A stretch of 64,000 nucleotides of DNA from the NCBI GenBank assembly GCA_026419015.1, contig JAOAAF010000001.1:28283-92282 (forward strand), in the 5' to 3' direction. Below, one piece after another: positions 19,213 through 27,667 of this stretch. How positions within the stretch are numbered: the first letter of the stretch is position 1; each line of letters begins with the position of its first letter. This DNA comes from Spirochaetota bacterium. GTDB lineage: Bacteria > Spirochaetota > UBA4802 > JAGODF01. Both the position numbers and the translations under genes were made by a program. The notes beneath the pieces were generated by a model, which saw only the letters and a list, made by a program, of their open reading frames with translations, searched no databases and was not told the origin of the DNA.

Positions 19213-21081
19213 ATGGATACGCATAAGTTTGGATTTTTCAAGCGTTTGAAGATTAGAGAGAAACTCATATCGATCATCTCGCTTATCATCCTCGTTTCAA
19301 TGTCGACGATGATTTTTCTTGCAACGTTCTTTTTTAAAACTGATACCAAAATTCGCATCGAAGAGCTCAATTTGAAGATTGCAGAAATTGCTGCGCTTAA
19401 AGTTCGCACAGATTTTATGGCAATGACCGAAAAAATGCACCTTATGGCTACCACTCTAATGCAAGAATTTCGATCTCCTGTGCAGAAGAATATGTTCTTA
19501 GATTTGTTTTTTAGAAACGATAAGGATTTCTTAGGGTTGCTTGTGATTGGGAAAACGGGCGAGAAGCTTGAAGTGACTAATTCGATATACAATAAAACAT
19601 TTTTTACTGAAAGCAAGCTGAATCCAAAAATGATGGAGGAAATCGCACATTCTTCTGCGGCACTTTTTGGACGCACCTTTGGCGAGGAGGCAATAGTCTA
19701 TAATGCATCTGATAAGTTTAACATTCCAGTGCTTGCGGTTGGCTTGCCATTTATCAAAGAAGATGGGAAAGTCATCTCTGCGCTTATTGGATATCTTAAA
19801 ATGGATCGATTTCTTCAGGCATTTCGCTCGGGTTATATTCAAACGTATATGATAAACAGCGAAGGAGATCTCATTGCGCATTCCGATGGGAAATTAATTT
19901 TATCAAAAGGGAATTTTATCAATGTGCCAATTGTGAAGCTCATGCTTTCGAGCAACAAAGAAAACGAGTTCAGGCGTTATAAGAATGTTGACGGTGAATA
20001 TCACTTCGGATCATATAAGAAAGTTGGCTTTGCCGGCACGGGGGTAATTGCCACTGTTCGCGAAGATGTTGCATTGGCAGAAGTGTATCGAATCCAGCGG
20101 CGCAATTTGATGATTATGATCATCGTGTTGAACATTGCCGTGCTCATTGTGTATTTTTTTGCAAAAACTCTCACCACGCCGCTTATAAAATTGGTAGGGG
20201 CAACAAAAGAAATTGAGCAGGGGAATTTTCGCGTTAACATTATCCCCGCATCGGCTGATGAGATTGGTCAGCTCACCGAATCGTTCATTGCGATGGGCAA
20301 AGGGTTGGAGGAACGCGAAAAGTTAAAAGAGACATTTGGGAAATTCGTAAACAAAGAAATCGCGGAACAAGTGCTCAAAGGGGAAATAAAGCTTGGCGGT
20401 GAACGTAAAAATGTCGCTGTTTTTTTCTCTGACATTCGCTCTTTTACCGCAATGTCGGAAAAACTCGAACCTGAAGAGGTAGTTGAGTTTTTAAACGAGT
20501 ATTTCACGCGGATGGTTGCATGTGTGAATAACACCGGTGGAGTTGTGGATAAATTTATTGGCGATGCAATTATGGCAGTATGGGGTGCGCCTGTTTCATA
20601 CGGGAACGATATTGAAAATGCCATCAACGGTGCGCTTATGATGCGAAATGAACTTTTGCTTTTTAATCGGGGAAGAGGAAGTGTCAAAAAGCCCATCATC
20701 CGCATTGGTTGTGGCATTAACTATGGTCCGGTGCTCGCGGGGCAAATCGGTTCAGAAGAAAGAATGGAATATACTGTCATCGGTGATACGGTAAATCTCG
20801 CATCGCGCATTGAAGCGTTGAACAAACCGTTTGGTACTGATATCCTTATTTCGCAAGATGCGTATGAGATGGTTAAAGATATTTATCGAGTTGAGCCGAT
20901 GCAAAAAATTAAAGTAAAAGGGAAAAGTGAGCCGCAGCAGATTTATGCGGTGCTCGGAAAAAGGAGCGATCCGCATTCGCCAAAAACTCTTGAAGAGCTC
21001 AGAGCGCTTTTAGGCATTGAGATGAAAGGAAAACCTGCGGCAGTGCCTGAGGAGGAAATAAAGTATGAAATCATTGAGTAG
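19213..21081 (+). CDS. Membrane receptor-type class III nucleotidyl (adenylate/guanylate) cyclase: N-terminal TM, periplasmic Cache-like sensor, second TM, HAMP, cyclase catalytic domain
   Basis: The cyclase-homology-domain motifs are VAVFFSDIRSFTAMSE, FIGDAIMAVWGAP and TVIGDTVNLASR. Two TM segments flank a periplasmic region of about 250 aa. Confidence 0.8.
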   Translation: MDTHKFGFFKRLKIREKLISIISLIILVSMSTMIFLATFFFKTDTKIRIEELNLKIAEIAALKVRTDFMAMTEKMHLMATTLMQEFRSPVQKNMFLDLFFRNDKDFLGLLVIGKTGEKLEVTNSIYNKTFFTESKLNPKMMEEIAHSSAALFGRTFGEEAIVYNASDKFNIPVLAVGLPFIKEDGKVISALIGYLKMDRFLQAFRSGYIQTYMINSEGDLIAHSDGKLILSKGNFINVPIVKLMLSSNKENEFRRYKNVDGEYHFGSYKKVGFAGTGVIATVREDVALAEVYRIQRRNLMIMIIVLNIAVLIVYFFAKTLTTPLIKLVGATKEIEQGNFRVNIIPASADEIGQLTESFIAMGKGLEEREKLKETFGKFVNKEIAEQVLKGEIKLGGERKNVAVFFSDIRSFTAMSEKLEPEEVVEFLNEYFTRMVACVNNTGGVVDKFIGDAIMAVWGAPVSYGNDIENAINGALMMRNELLLFNRGRGSVKKPIIRIGCGINYGPVLAGQIGSEERMEYTVIGDTVNLASRIEALNKPFGTDILISQDAYEMVKDIYRVEPMQKIKVKGKSEPQQIYAVLGKRSDPHSPKTLEELRALLGIEMKGKPAAVPEEEIKYEIIE

Positions 21082-24000
21082 CGATGCACTAATGGTGGGT
21101 GTAAGCGCGCTCATCATTTCCGCGTGTTCATTTTTTCTCTATTTGGATTTCACCGCGAAAATAGAAGTTGGCGATGCTGAACAAATTGGCATCATTACCT
21201 ATAAAAAGCGGCTTTCGCAGAGAAAGTATGGAACTCAGGTGATATGGGAGGAAATTGAACAAAACTCACCTGTATTTGTGAACGATTCACTAAGAACTGC
21301 GGAACGTTCAGAAGCGGTAGTTAAGCTTAACGATGGGACGACTATTGAGCTCGATGAAAACAGCATGATTGTGCTGGCAAAGATGGAGGGAGCAATAAAT
21401 ATTAATTTTGCGCAGGGTTCGATGATGGCGCGAAGATCAGGTGTGGTAACTGAAGATATGCCTGCAGTGAACATCGTTGCAGGTGGGACGACCGTTTCAG
21501 TAGAAAAAAGCGATGTGAAACTTGCTCAAACAGAGAAAGAGGATATCGCACTTACTGTAGCAAAAGGAACAGCAATAATAAAAGCAGGGGAAGAAGAAAA
21601 GTTAATTACAGTAAATCAGTCGGCTGTGCTGGTGCCCGATGAAAAGAAAGTGCAGGTAAAAAATGTTACGCTTCGGCTCCTTACGCCAGAGCACAATAAG
21701 TATTTTATTACGAGAGCGAATTGGCATGTAATCCCCTTTGAGTGGGATGTGGAAGGTGAAAATCGGGTAATATTTTTTGAATTATCCGCTGACCGATTAT
21801 TTTCAACAATCATTAAACGAATAAATGTAAAAGATCGAGTCATTAACGAAAAACTCCCTTCAGGAGAATATTTTTGGAGAATTTCTGCTGAAGATAAAAC
21901 GACGAAAGCTATAGATTACAGCGAGGTGCGAAAATTTAGCGTTTTAAAAGAGCAGCCTGTTATGTTGTTTGCTCCCCATGAAGGAGAGAAGTATAGTTTT
22001 GTTGGCGATTCACCTTTTATTCGTTTTCGTTGGAGCAAAAACGATCTCGCATCGAACTATGTGCTTGAAATCGCACAGGATGATGCATTTAAAAATAAAA
22101 TGATCGTTTCAACGACAACACTCACAGAACATACGGTAAACTCGTTAACGAGCGGTTTGTATTTTTGGCGAGTGATTTCAAAATTTGATCCAATTCCAGA
22201 ATATGCGGCAGCAAGTGAGGTGAGGAAATTTGTAATAGAAAAAAGGAAAATTGTTCCCCCTACTGAACTCATTCATCCAGCTGCGTATGCAGTATTTAGC
22301 GATTTGGAAGTAAAAAACAGAGGTATTCTTTTAAGCTGGAAACAAATTGAAGGCATTGCATTGTATGAATTGCTCATTTCGAAAACCGAGGATTTCTCAA
22401 AAGTAGAACTTAAACGAGAAGTTCGAGGTAATTTTGCTCACATCGTGCAAAGCTTTTTGCCAGGTAAATACTTTTGGAAAGTAAGACCGCTGATAGGCGA
22501 AGAGGCGGAAGGAGTAACATATACCATACCGCGTAGTTTCACAGTCCAGGAGGGAACAATAAGCCTTATTTCACCAGTACATAATATTGTATTGGAAGCA
22601 ACGCAGGAGGCAAGTGAGATTTTGTTTAGTTGGAATAAAGTTCCCTTTGAAGGGAAGTATCGTTTTGAATTATCGAAAAAACCATCTTTTGACAAGGTTG
22701 AGAGAAAAGAGTTAATAGAAATTCCTTCGTTGAAGGTCTCAGTTGTCCCGGGGAAATATTATTGGCGTGTTGCGCTCGTTGACAATACCGATGTAGAACT
22801 GTGCAAAAGCGATGTTCGCTCGTTTGTCGTTCGCGAGTCCGAACCAGTTTCTACGAAAGCTACATTGGCGATTGAACCATTTCCATCATCAGCAATTGTG
22901 TTTATCAATGGAAAAAAAGCAGGAAAGGGTAAAGTTGAAATTTCGATTGAACCGGGCAGCGTTGCGATTGAGGTTATCGCAGAAGGATATAAGAAATTTG
23001 AAAAAACTGTCGAAATTGCTTCTGGTGAGAAAAAAGAAATTGTTGCAAATCTCGAAAGACTCCTGCAAAAATCGTTCCTTGCATTGCGCGTGGTGCCATC
23101 TCGAAGTGCAGTCTATGTAAATGATAAATTCGTGGGATATGGTGAGGCAAAGTTAGAAGTTGATCCGGGAGCTATAAATCTCGTTGTGCAATCGCCAGGC
23201 TATAAAAAGTATGAGCGGAAACTTTTTCTCAAAGAAGGGGAAAGAAAAGAACTTGCGATTGAACTTGAATTGATTCAAAAAGAAGTACCGTTGTCAGAAC
23301 GCAAAGAACAAATCGCCACGAGTCCATTATTGGTTGGTAATGCAATTGTCACGGCAACTCCTTCAGGCATTATTGCTGCATCAGATAAAGGCGGCACATC
23401 GCTTTGGCAGGTAAAGCTTCCGAGCAAAGTCGAATCCACGCCGGTTGCCGATGAAAAAACGGTATATGTTGCGACAACGAAGGGTGAGCTTTTGGCATTG
23501 GACTCAACAACGGGAAAGCTTCGATGGCGGAAAGATATCGATGGACCTGTGCTTTTCTCTGCAAAACCGCTTCGTGTCGAGGACAAGATTGTAGTGGCAA
23601 CGAGTTTTGGGAGCATTGAGGCATTTACGAATAAGGGAGAATTGCTTTGGAAAAGAAAACTCGAAAGCGGCGTGTTTAGTTCTCCAGCATATTATCGCGG
23701 TGTAATTTATGTGGGTGCAGCAGATCGTGGGGTATATGCGCTTTCAAGCAAAAGTGGTGAAATACTATGGAAGTACATTGCAGATAGCCGAATGGTTGTT
23801 TCAAGCCCGGTGGTTGATAGAGAACTTGTGTTTGTAGGATGTTACAGTGGAAGCTTCTATGCACTTGCCGCAAAGGATGGAAAATTAAAATGGAAGTATA
23901 AAGCGCCATCGCCAATTGTGACAACTCCAGTAGTATGGGACGACAAAATTGCAATCGCATCAATGAATGGCGAAATCGCTGCGTTTTATGTGGAGAATGG

Positions 24001-24250
24001 GAAAGCAATCTGGAAATTCGATACAAAGAGCAGAATTGTACTCGATCCCGTGTATCGAAATGGGGAGATGTACGTTGCAAGCCACAAAACGTTTTATTCG
24101 ATCGATGCAACAAAAGGAAGTGTGAAATGGCGGCTTGACTTGGAAAACACTATTAAAACAGCTCCATCGATCATTGGCGAGGATGTGGTGATGTCTCTTG
24201 TTGATGGGACACTCGTTTCGTTGAATCCTTCGCAGCGAAAGAGGAATTAG
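21065..24250 (+). CDS. Large envelope protein with an N-terminal TM/signal anchor, FecR-like domain, Ig-like/fibronectin-like repeats, two PEGA domains and a C-terminal PQQ-type beta-propeller
   Basis: The FecR-like segment is LNDGTTIELDENSMIVL. The PEGA-like segments are IEPFPSSAIVFINGKKAGKGKVEI and LRVVPSRSAVYVNDKFVGYGEAKLEV. The C-terminal third carries repeated motifs (LWQ/LRW/LWK...G.VY.A...G.LYAL) typical of PQQ/BamB-like propellers. Its start overlaps the cyclase stop by 17 nt and has a strong RBS GAGGAGG. Confidence 0.7.
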   Translation: MKSLSSDALMVGVSALIISACSFFLYLDFTAKIEVGDAEQIGIITYKKRLSQRKYGTQVIWEEIEQNSPVFVNDSLRTAERSEAVVKLNDGTTIELDENSMIVLAKMEGAININFAQGSMMARRSGVVTEDMPAVNIVAGGTTVSVEKSDVKLAQTEKEDIALTVAKGTAIIKAGEEEKLITVNQSAVLVPDEKKVQVKNVTLRLLTPEHNKYFITRANWHVIPFEWDVEGENRVIFFELSADRLFSTIIKRINVKDRVINEKLPSGEYFWRISAEDKTTKAIDYSEVRKFSVLKEQPVMLFAPHEGEKYSFVGDSPFIRFRWSKNDLASNYVLEIAQDDAFKNKMIVSTTTLTEHTVNSLTSGLYFWRVISKFDPIPEYAAASEVRKFVIEKRKIVPPTELIHPAAYAVFSDLEVKNRGILLSWKQIEGIALYELLISKTEDFSKVELKREVRGNFAHIVQSFLPGKYFWKVRPLIGEEAEGVTYTIPRSFTVQEGTISLISPVHNIVLEATQEASEILFSWNKVPFEGKYRFELSKKPSFDKVERKELIEIPSLKVSVVPGKYYWRVALVDNTDVELCKSDVRSFVVRESEPVSTKATLAIEPFPSSAIVFINGKKAGKGKVEISIEPGSVAIEVIAEGYKKFEKTVEIASGEKKEIVANLERLLQKSFLALRVVPSRSAVYVNDKFVGYGEAKLEVDPGAINLVVQSPGYKKYERKLFLKEGERKELAIELELIQKEVPLSERKEQIATSPLLVGNAIVTATPSGIIAASDKGGTSLWQVKLPSKVESTPVADEKTVYVATTKGELLALDSTTGKLRWRKDIDGPVLFSAKPLRVEDKIVVATSFGSIEAFTNKGELLWKRKLESGVFSSPAYYRGVIYVGAADRGVYALSSKSGEILWKYIADSRMVVSSPVVDRELVFVGCYSGSFYALAAKDGKLKWKYKAPSPIVTTPVVWDDKIAIASMNGEIAAFYVENGKAIWKFDTKSRIVLDPVYRNGEMYVASHKTFYSIDATKGSVKWRLDLENTIKTAPSIIGEDVVMSLVDGTLVSLNPSQRKRN

Positions 24251-24594
24251 TAACGCCTCGTGTTTTACATTTGCAACATGAAAAATTTTGACTTGTTTAA
24301 ATGCAATTTTGACAATAGTTAACAAATTTTCCTTGACATAATTTATGCATTATTACATAAATTCTATCCATTTAGATTTGCATTAATTGTGATTTTGAGA
24401 TATAAAATTTTTATCATACGAAAGCATTGAGTTAGCGAGTTGTTGTTGAAAACTCTTATATACATTGTCCGTAAAGTTATATTCATTTGTGATATATGTT
24501 GCGTGTCATAGATGGAATAAAAAAAAATGCCAATAAAGGGAATTTCCAAAAAGTTCTCGTGCAATTTAAAAATTTTTTATGAGGAGGAAATTTC

Positions 24595-25299
24595 ATGAGA
24601 AAAACATTAATCGTGCTTTCTTTGTTTGCGGTATGCGTTGCGTTCAGTTGCAAAAAAGAAAGCGATACGCAACAGCAAGAAGCTGTACTCGCAAAAAAAT
24701 ATGCGAAATATCGTGTGATCATCCGCAAAGAAGCTGAAATGAAAAATTGGGCCGCAACGCTTGAAAAAGGAGAAGATGTCGATTTGCTTCAAGAATTTGA
24801 AAGCGTGGATAAAGACGGCAAAAAGATCACTGTTGCGAAAGTGCGCCTTACGGATGGAGTTGTTGGTTTTGTAGAATCTCGACATTTAGCGGATAAAGTG
24901 ATTGTATTTATTGGAGAAACACCCGCCTATATTCGTCCTACCGTTGGAAGCAAAGTGCACTGTAAAATACCAAAAGGAACCATTGCCTTTGTGGTGGGCG
25001 AGCAAGCGAATTGGAAGAAGATTTATGCAGGGAAAATAGGGAATGTGTGGGTCACAGAACAATGGGTGCAAGATGGGTATTCGACCGATCCTCAACTCCT
25101 TCGCGATGCACGCATGTATGAAATGGCTGTTGAACAACTTGCCGCCGAAAAGGATTCTGAAAAAGTTGCTGCGAAGCAAAAACTTGTCGAGCTTAGTCAA
25201 GGCGATGGAATATTCGCTGGACTGGCACAGGAAAAACTTGCTGCGATTGAATCGCAAAGCGAAAAAGATCAAAGCACTGAACAGGAAGCAACGAAATAA
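24595..25299 (+). CDS. Lipoprotein with two bacterial SH3-like (SH3b) domains and a C-terminal coiled/acidic tail
   Basis: The lipobox is LFAVCVAFSC. Two repeats have SH3b-like patterns (VIIRKEAEM...AKVRLTDGVVGFVESRHL; AYIRPTVGS...IAFVVGEQANWKKIY...VWVTEQWV). The RBS is GAGGAGG. Confidence 0.55.
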   Translation: MRKTLIVLSLFAVCVAFSCKKESDTQQQEAVLAKKYAKYRVIIRKEAEMKNWAATLEKGEDVDLLQEFESVDKDGKKITVAKVRLTDGVVGFVESRHLADKVIVFIGETPAYIRPTVGSKVHCKIPKGTIAFVVGEQANWKKIYAGKIGNVWVTEQWVQDGYSTDPQLLRDARMYEMAVEQLAAEKDSEKVAAKQKLVELSQGDGIFAGLAQEKLAAIESQSEKDQSTEQEATK

Positions 25300-25360
25300 A
25301 TTTTTTACATTTAAATTGCCTTTAGAGTTGGCAATAGTTAAAATTAATGGAAACTGAATA

Positions 25361-25388
25361 AAAAGGGGTGATCTTTCCCCCTTTTTTT
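25361..25388 (+). terminator. Intrinsic terminator after the SH3b lipoprotein gene
   Basis: AAAAGGGG, loop TGATCTTT, CCCCC, followed by TTTTTTT. Confidence 0.5.
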
Positions 25389-25458
25389 AATTCTTCGCTA
25401 ATAATTACGAGTGCGAGAATTTTTTTACACTTTCACCTCCCAAATGAGGATGCGCTTT

Positions 25459-26280
25459 ATGGGTAAGAAAATTTTTTTTGTCCATCTTTATTGGTTTTTA
25501 TTTTTATTACCGCTTACTGCGCAAGGTGATATTTCGGTAAAAGATTTGTACCAAACAATCATTCAGAGAGGGTTTTTGAAGATTGGCATTTCGACAAATT
25601 ATCCGCCGTTAAATTTCAATAAAGGAGAAAGAGGAGTAGAAGTTGAAATGGCCAAAGAACTTGCAGCGTTTTTCGGGGTAAAGGCAAAGATGATTCCACT
25701 TCAGCTTACTGAGTATGTCGCTGCGCTAGAAAAGCGCGAAGTGGATATTGTGATTGCGGGACTTTCCAGAAACCTCGCCCGCGCAAGGCGAATATTTTTT
25801 TCAGAACCGTATCTTACAGTAACTCCTGCTGCGCTGGTGCACAAGAGGGTTATTCCTCAAACGAAGTTTGGCGATCAGTTTGAACAAATGCCAATTCGAA
25901 CGGTATGGGATCTGTTGCGAATCCCAGGATTTAAATGTGCGGTAAAAAAGGGAAGTACCTATGAATTGCTTCTGGAGTCGAAATTTCCTGCCTTTGAAAG
26001 GGTGCTTGTCGGCACAAACGAAGAAGGGATTTCAACGATTCGCGAGGGAATAGCTCATGGGTTTATGCACGATTCGCTTTATCTCCATCACCTTTATCGT
26101 AAGGATGCCTCTTTGCGAAACAATTTTATACTTCTTACAGGTGGAAATATAGGAGAAGCGATATGTATCGGTATTCCTTTTGGCGAAACTGTATTAAAAA
26201 ATCAGATCGATGTATTCCTCGCTGAAATGAAGCGCATGGGGATAATTCAAAAATGGCTCGAGGAATATGATAATGAATAG
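25459..26280 (+). CDS. Periplasmic solute-binding protein, family 3 (amino-acid ABC/transglycosylase-type SBP_bac_3)
   Basis: The signal peptide is followed by LKIGISTNYPPLNFNKGE...GVEVEMAKELAAFFGVK...VDIVIAGLSRN, the classical SBP_bac_3 pattern. ATG 25459 has the RBS GAGGA; the ORF-track start at 25411 is GTG. Confidence 0.7.
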   Translation: MGKKIFFVHLYWFLFLLPLTAQGDISVKDLYQTIIQRGFLKIGISTNYPPLNFNKGERGVEVEMAKELAAFFGVKAKMIPLQLTEYVAALEKREVDIVIAGLSRNLARARRIFFSEPYLTVTPAALVHKRVIPQTKFGDQFEQMPIRTVWDLLRIPGFKCAVKKGSTYELLLESKFPAFERVLVGTNEEGISTIREGIAHGFMHDSLYLHHLYRKDASLRNNFILLTGGNIGEAICIGIPFGETVLKNQIDVFLAEMKRMGIIQKWLEEYDNE

Positions 26281-26299
26281 TAGAGCAATGGATTAAGTG

Positions 26300-27610
26300 A
26301 TGGGAAAATACTTAGTTTTATTTTCCGTGGTAATGGTCGTTTTACTATCGGCTTTTGGTTTTGCGATGGATGATACTCTCGAGAAGATCGATCTTTCGGG
26401 TTTTATGCGATTTCGCGCGTGGTACACTGGAAGCGAGGTAATGGTGCCAGGGAAGTTTCCCTCAGGTGATGGATTTCATTCAGTCGACTACCAGGACTTT
26501 TTTTTAAGAAATAGATTCACATTAAAAGTTTTGCCAGAAATTGACGTTTGCGCAGTATTCGATATTGGGGGAGTCATTGGGAAAAATGATTTTTCGTTGG
26601 GGAATGCAAGAGCAAACCTCCTCACGCGCGATATTTACGCCGTCATTCGACCAACTAATGAAAGCGAGTTTTCTATTGGTCTTCAACCTTTCAGCTTTCA
26701 AGGTGGTTATGTACTCGCACGAGATGCGTCGGGTTTTCAGTATTCGCATTATTTTTATAATCGAAATGGAAAAGCATATTGTGGTTTTATAAAAGCGTTT
26801 GACGATGCCGATAGTGCCTATAGCGATGAGGTACGTGCCCCACGGTATGCTGATGATAATATTTATTTTGTTGGCACCATGCTTTCCGTTGCATCGATAT
26901 TTTTCGGAGATATGTACTATATTTACGAACATGATAGTTATACATCGCAGCAATCGAGTAGCATTGCTTTGGACTTTCGAACTGCAACGCTTTCATGGCT
27001 TGGATTTCATGGGAAGTTCATTTTTCAACATTGGCTTTTGCGTGTGGGTGGTATTTTCAATTGGGGTGAAATTACCCTACGAGAGAGTAATCCAAATTAT
27101 CGCACAGCTATTCGCGCTTTTCTTGGGGAGATTGAAATCGGTTATCGTTCAAATAACTATTACATTTCATTGGTAGGTGAAGGGGCAACGGGCGATTATC
27201 GGAATCCGAATGATGAGAATTCATTCCAGGTCATAAAATCGTCGCATGAGTTTTCATATATTGTTGTCGACAACTACGGCGGAATATCGATTCGTGGAAG
27301 CGGAGAATCGAGTTGGTATGGTCTTTGCGGGATTGGCATTAAATTGCAATATTCGATGTGGGAAGTGGTCAATGTTGAAATGAGACTTTTACACTTTCGC
27401 AAAAACGATCTAACTCAAATGGATCGCGCAGGGTATTTTGGAGATGAAATGGATATTCGAATAGAGTATATGTATAGAGAAATTTTTGTTCCCTTTCTTG
27501 CTGCAGGAATATTCAAGGCGCAAAGAGCGTATTATTCTCTTTTTTCAATTGAAGAAATTTCGAAAGGATGCATTGTTGAAATTTTATTCGGTGGGCAAAT
27601 AAATTATTAA
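26300..27610 (+). CDS. Hypothetical secreted protein, probably an outer-membrane beta-barrel
   Basis: It has a signal peptide (MGKYLVLFSVVMVVLLSAFGFA), alternating aromatic/Gly-rich strands and a C-terminal aromatic residue (…GGQINY). No catalytic motifs were found. Confidence 0.45.
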   Translation: MGKYLVLFSVVMVVLLSAFGFAMDDTLEKIDLSGFMRFRAWYTGSEVMVPGKFPSGDGFHSVDYQDFFLRNRFTLKVLPEIDVCAVFDIGGVIGKNDFSLGNARANLLTRDIYAVIRPTNESEFSIGLQPFSFQGGYVLARDASGFQYSHYFYNRNGKAYCGFIKAFDDADSAYSDEVRAPRYADDNIYFVGTMLSVASIFFGDMYYIYEHDSYTSQQSSSIALDFRTATLSWLGFHGKFIFQHWLLRVGGIFNWGEITLRESNPNYRTAIRAFLGEIEIGYRSNNYYISLVGEGATGDYRNPNDENSFQVIKSSHEFSYIVVDNYGGISIRGSGESSWYGLCGIGIKLQYSMWEVVNVEMRLLHFRKNDLTQMDRAGYFGDEMDIRIEYMYREIFVPFLAAGIFKAQRAYYSLFSIEEISKGCIVEILFGGQINY

Positions 27611-27667
27611 ATAATAAACATAAAATATAAAGCCACCAGAGAGTGAAATCGTTGAAGAAATAGTTTT

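Noticed and set aside
23676-24113. 145-aa His/Leu-rich minus-strand ORF
   Set aside because: It is antisense to the PQQ-propeller coding region of the 21065 gene, with no motifs.
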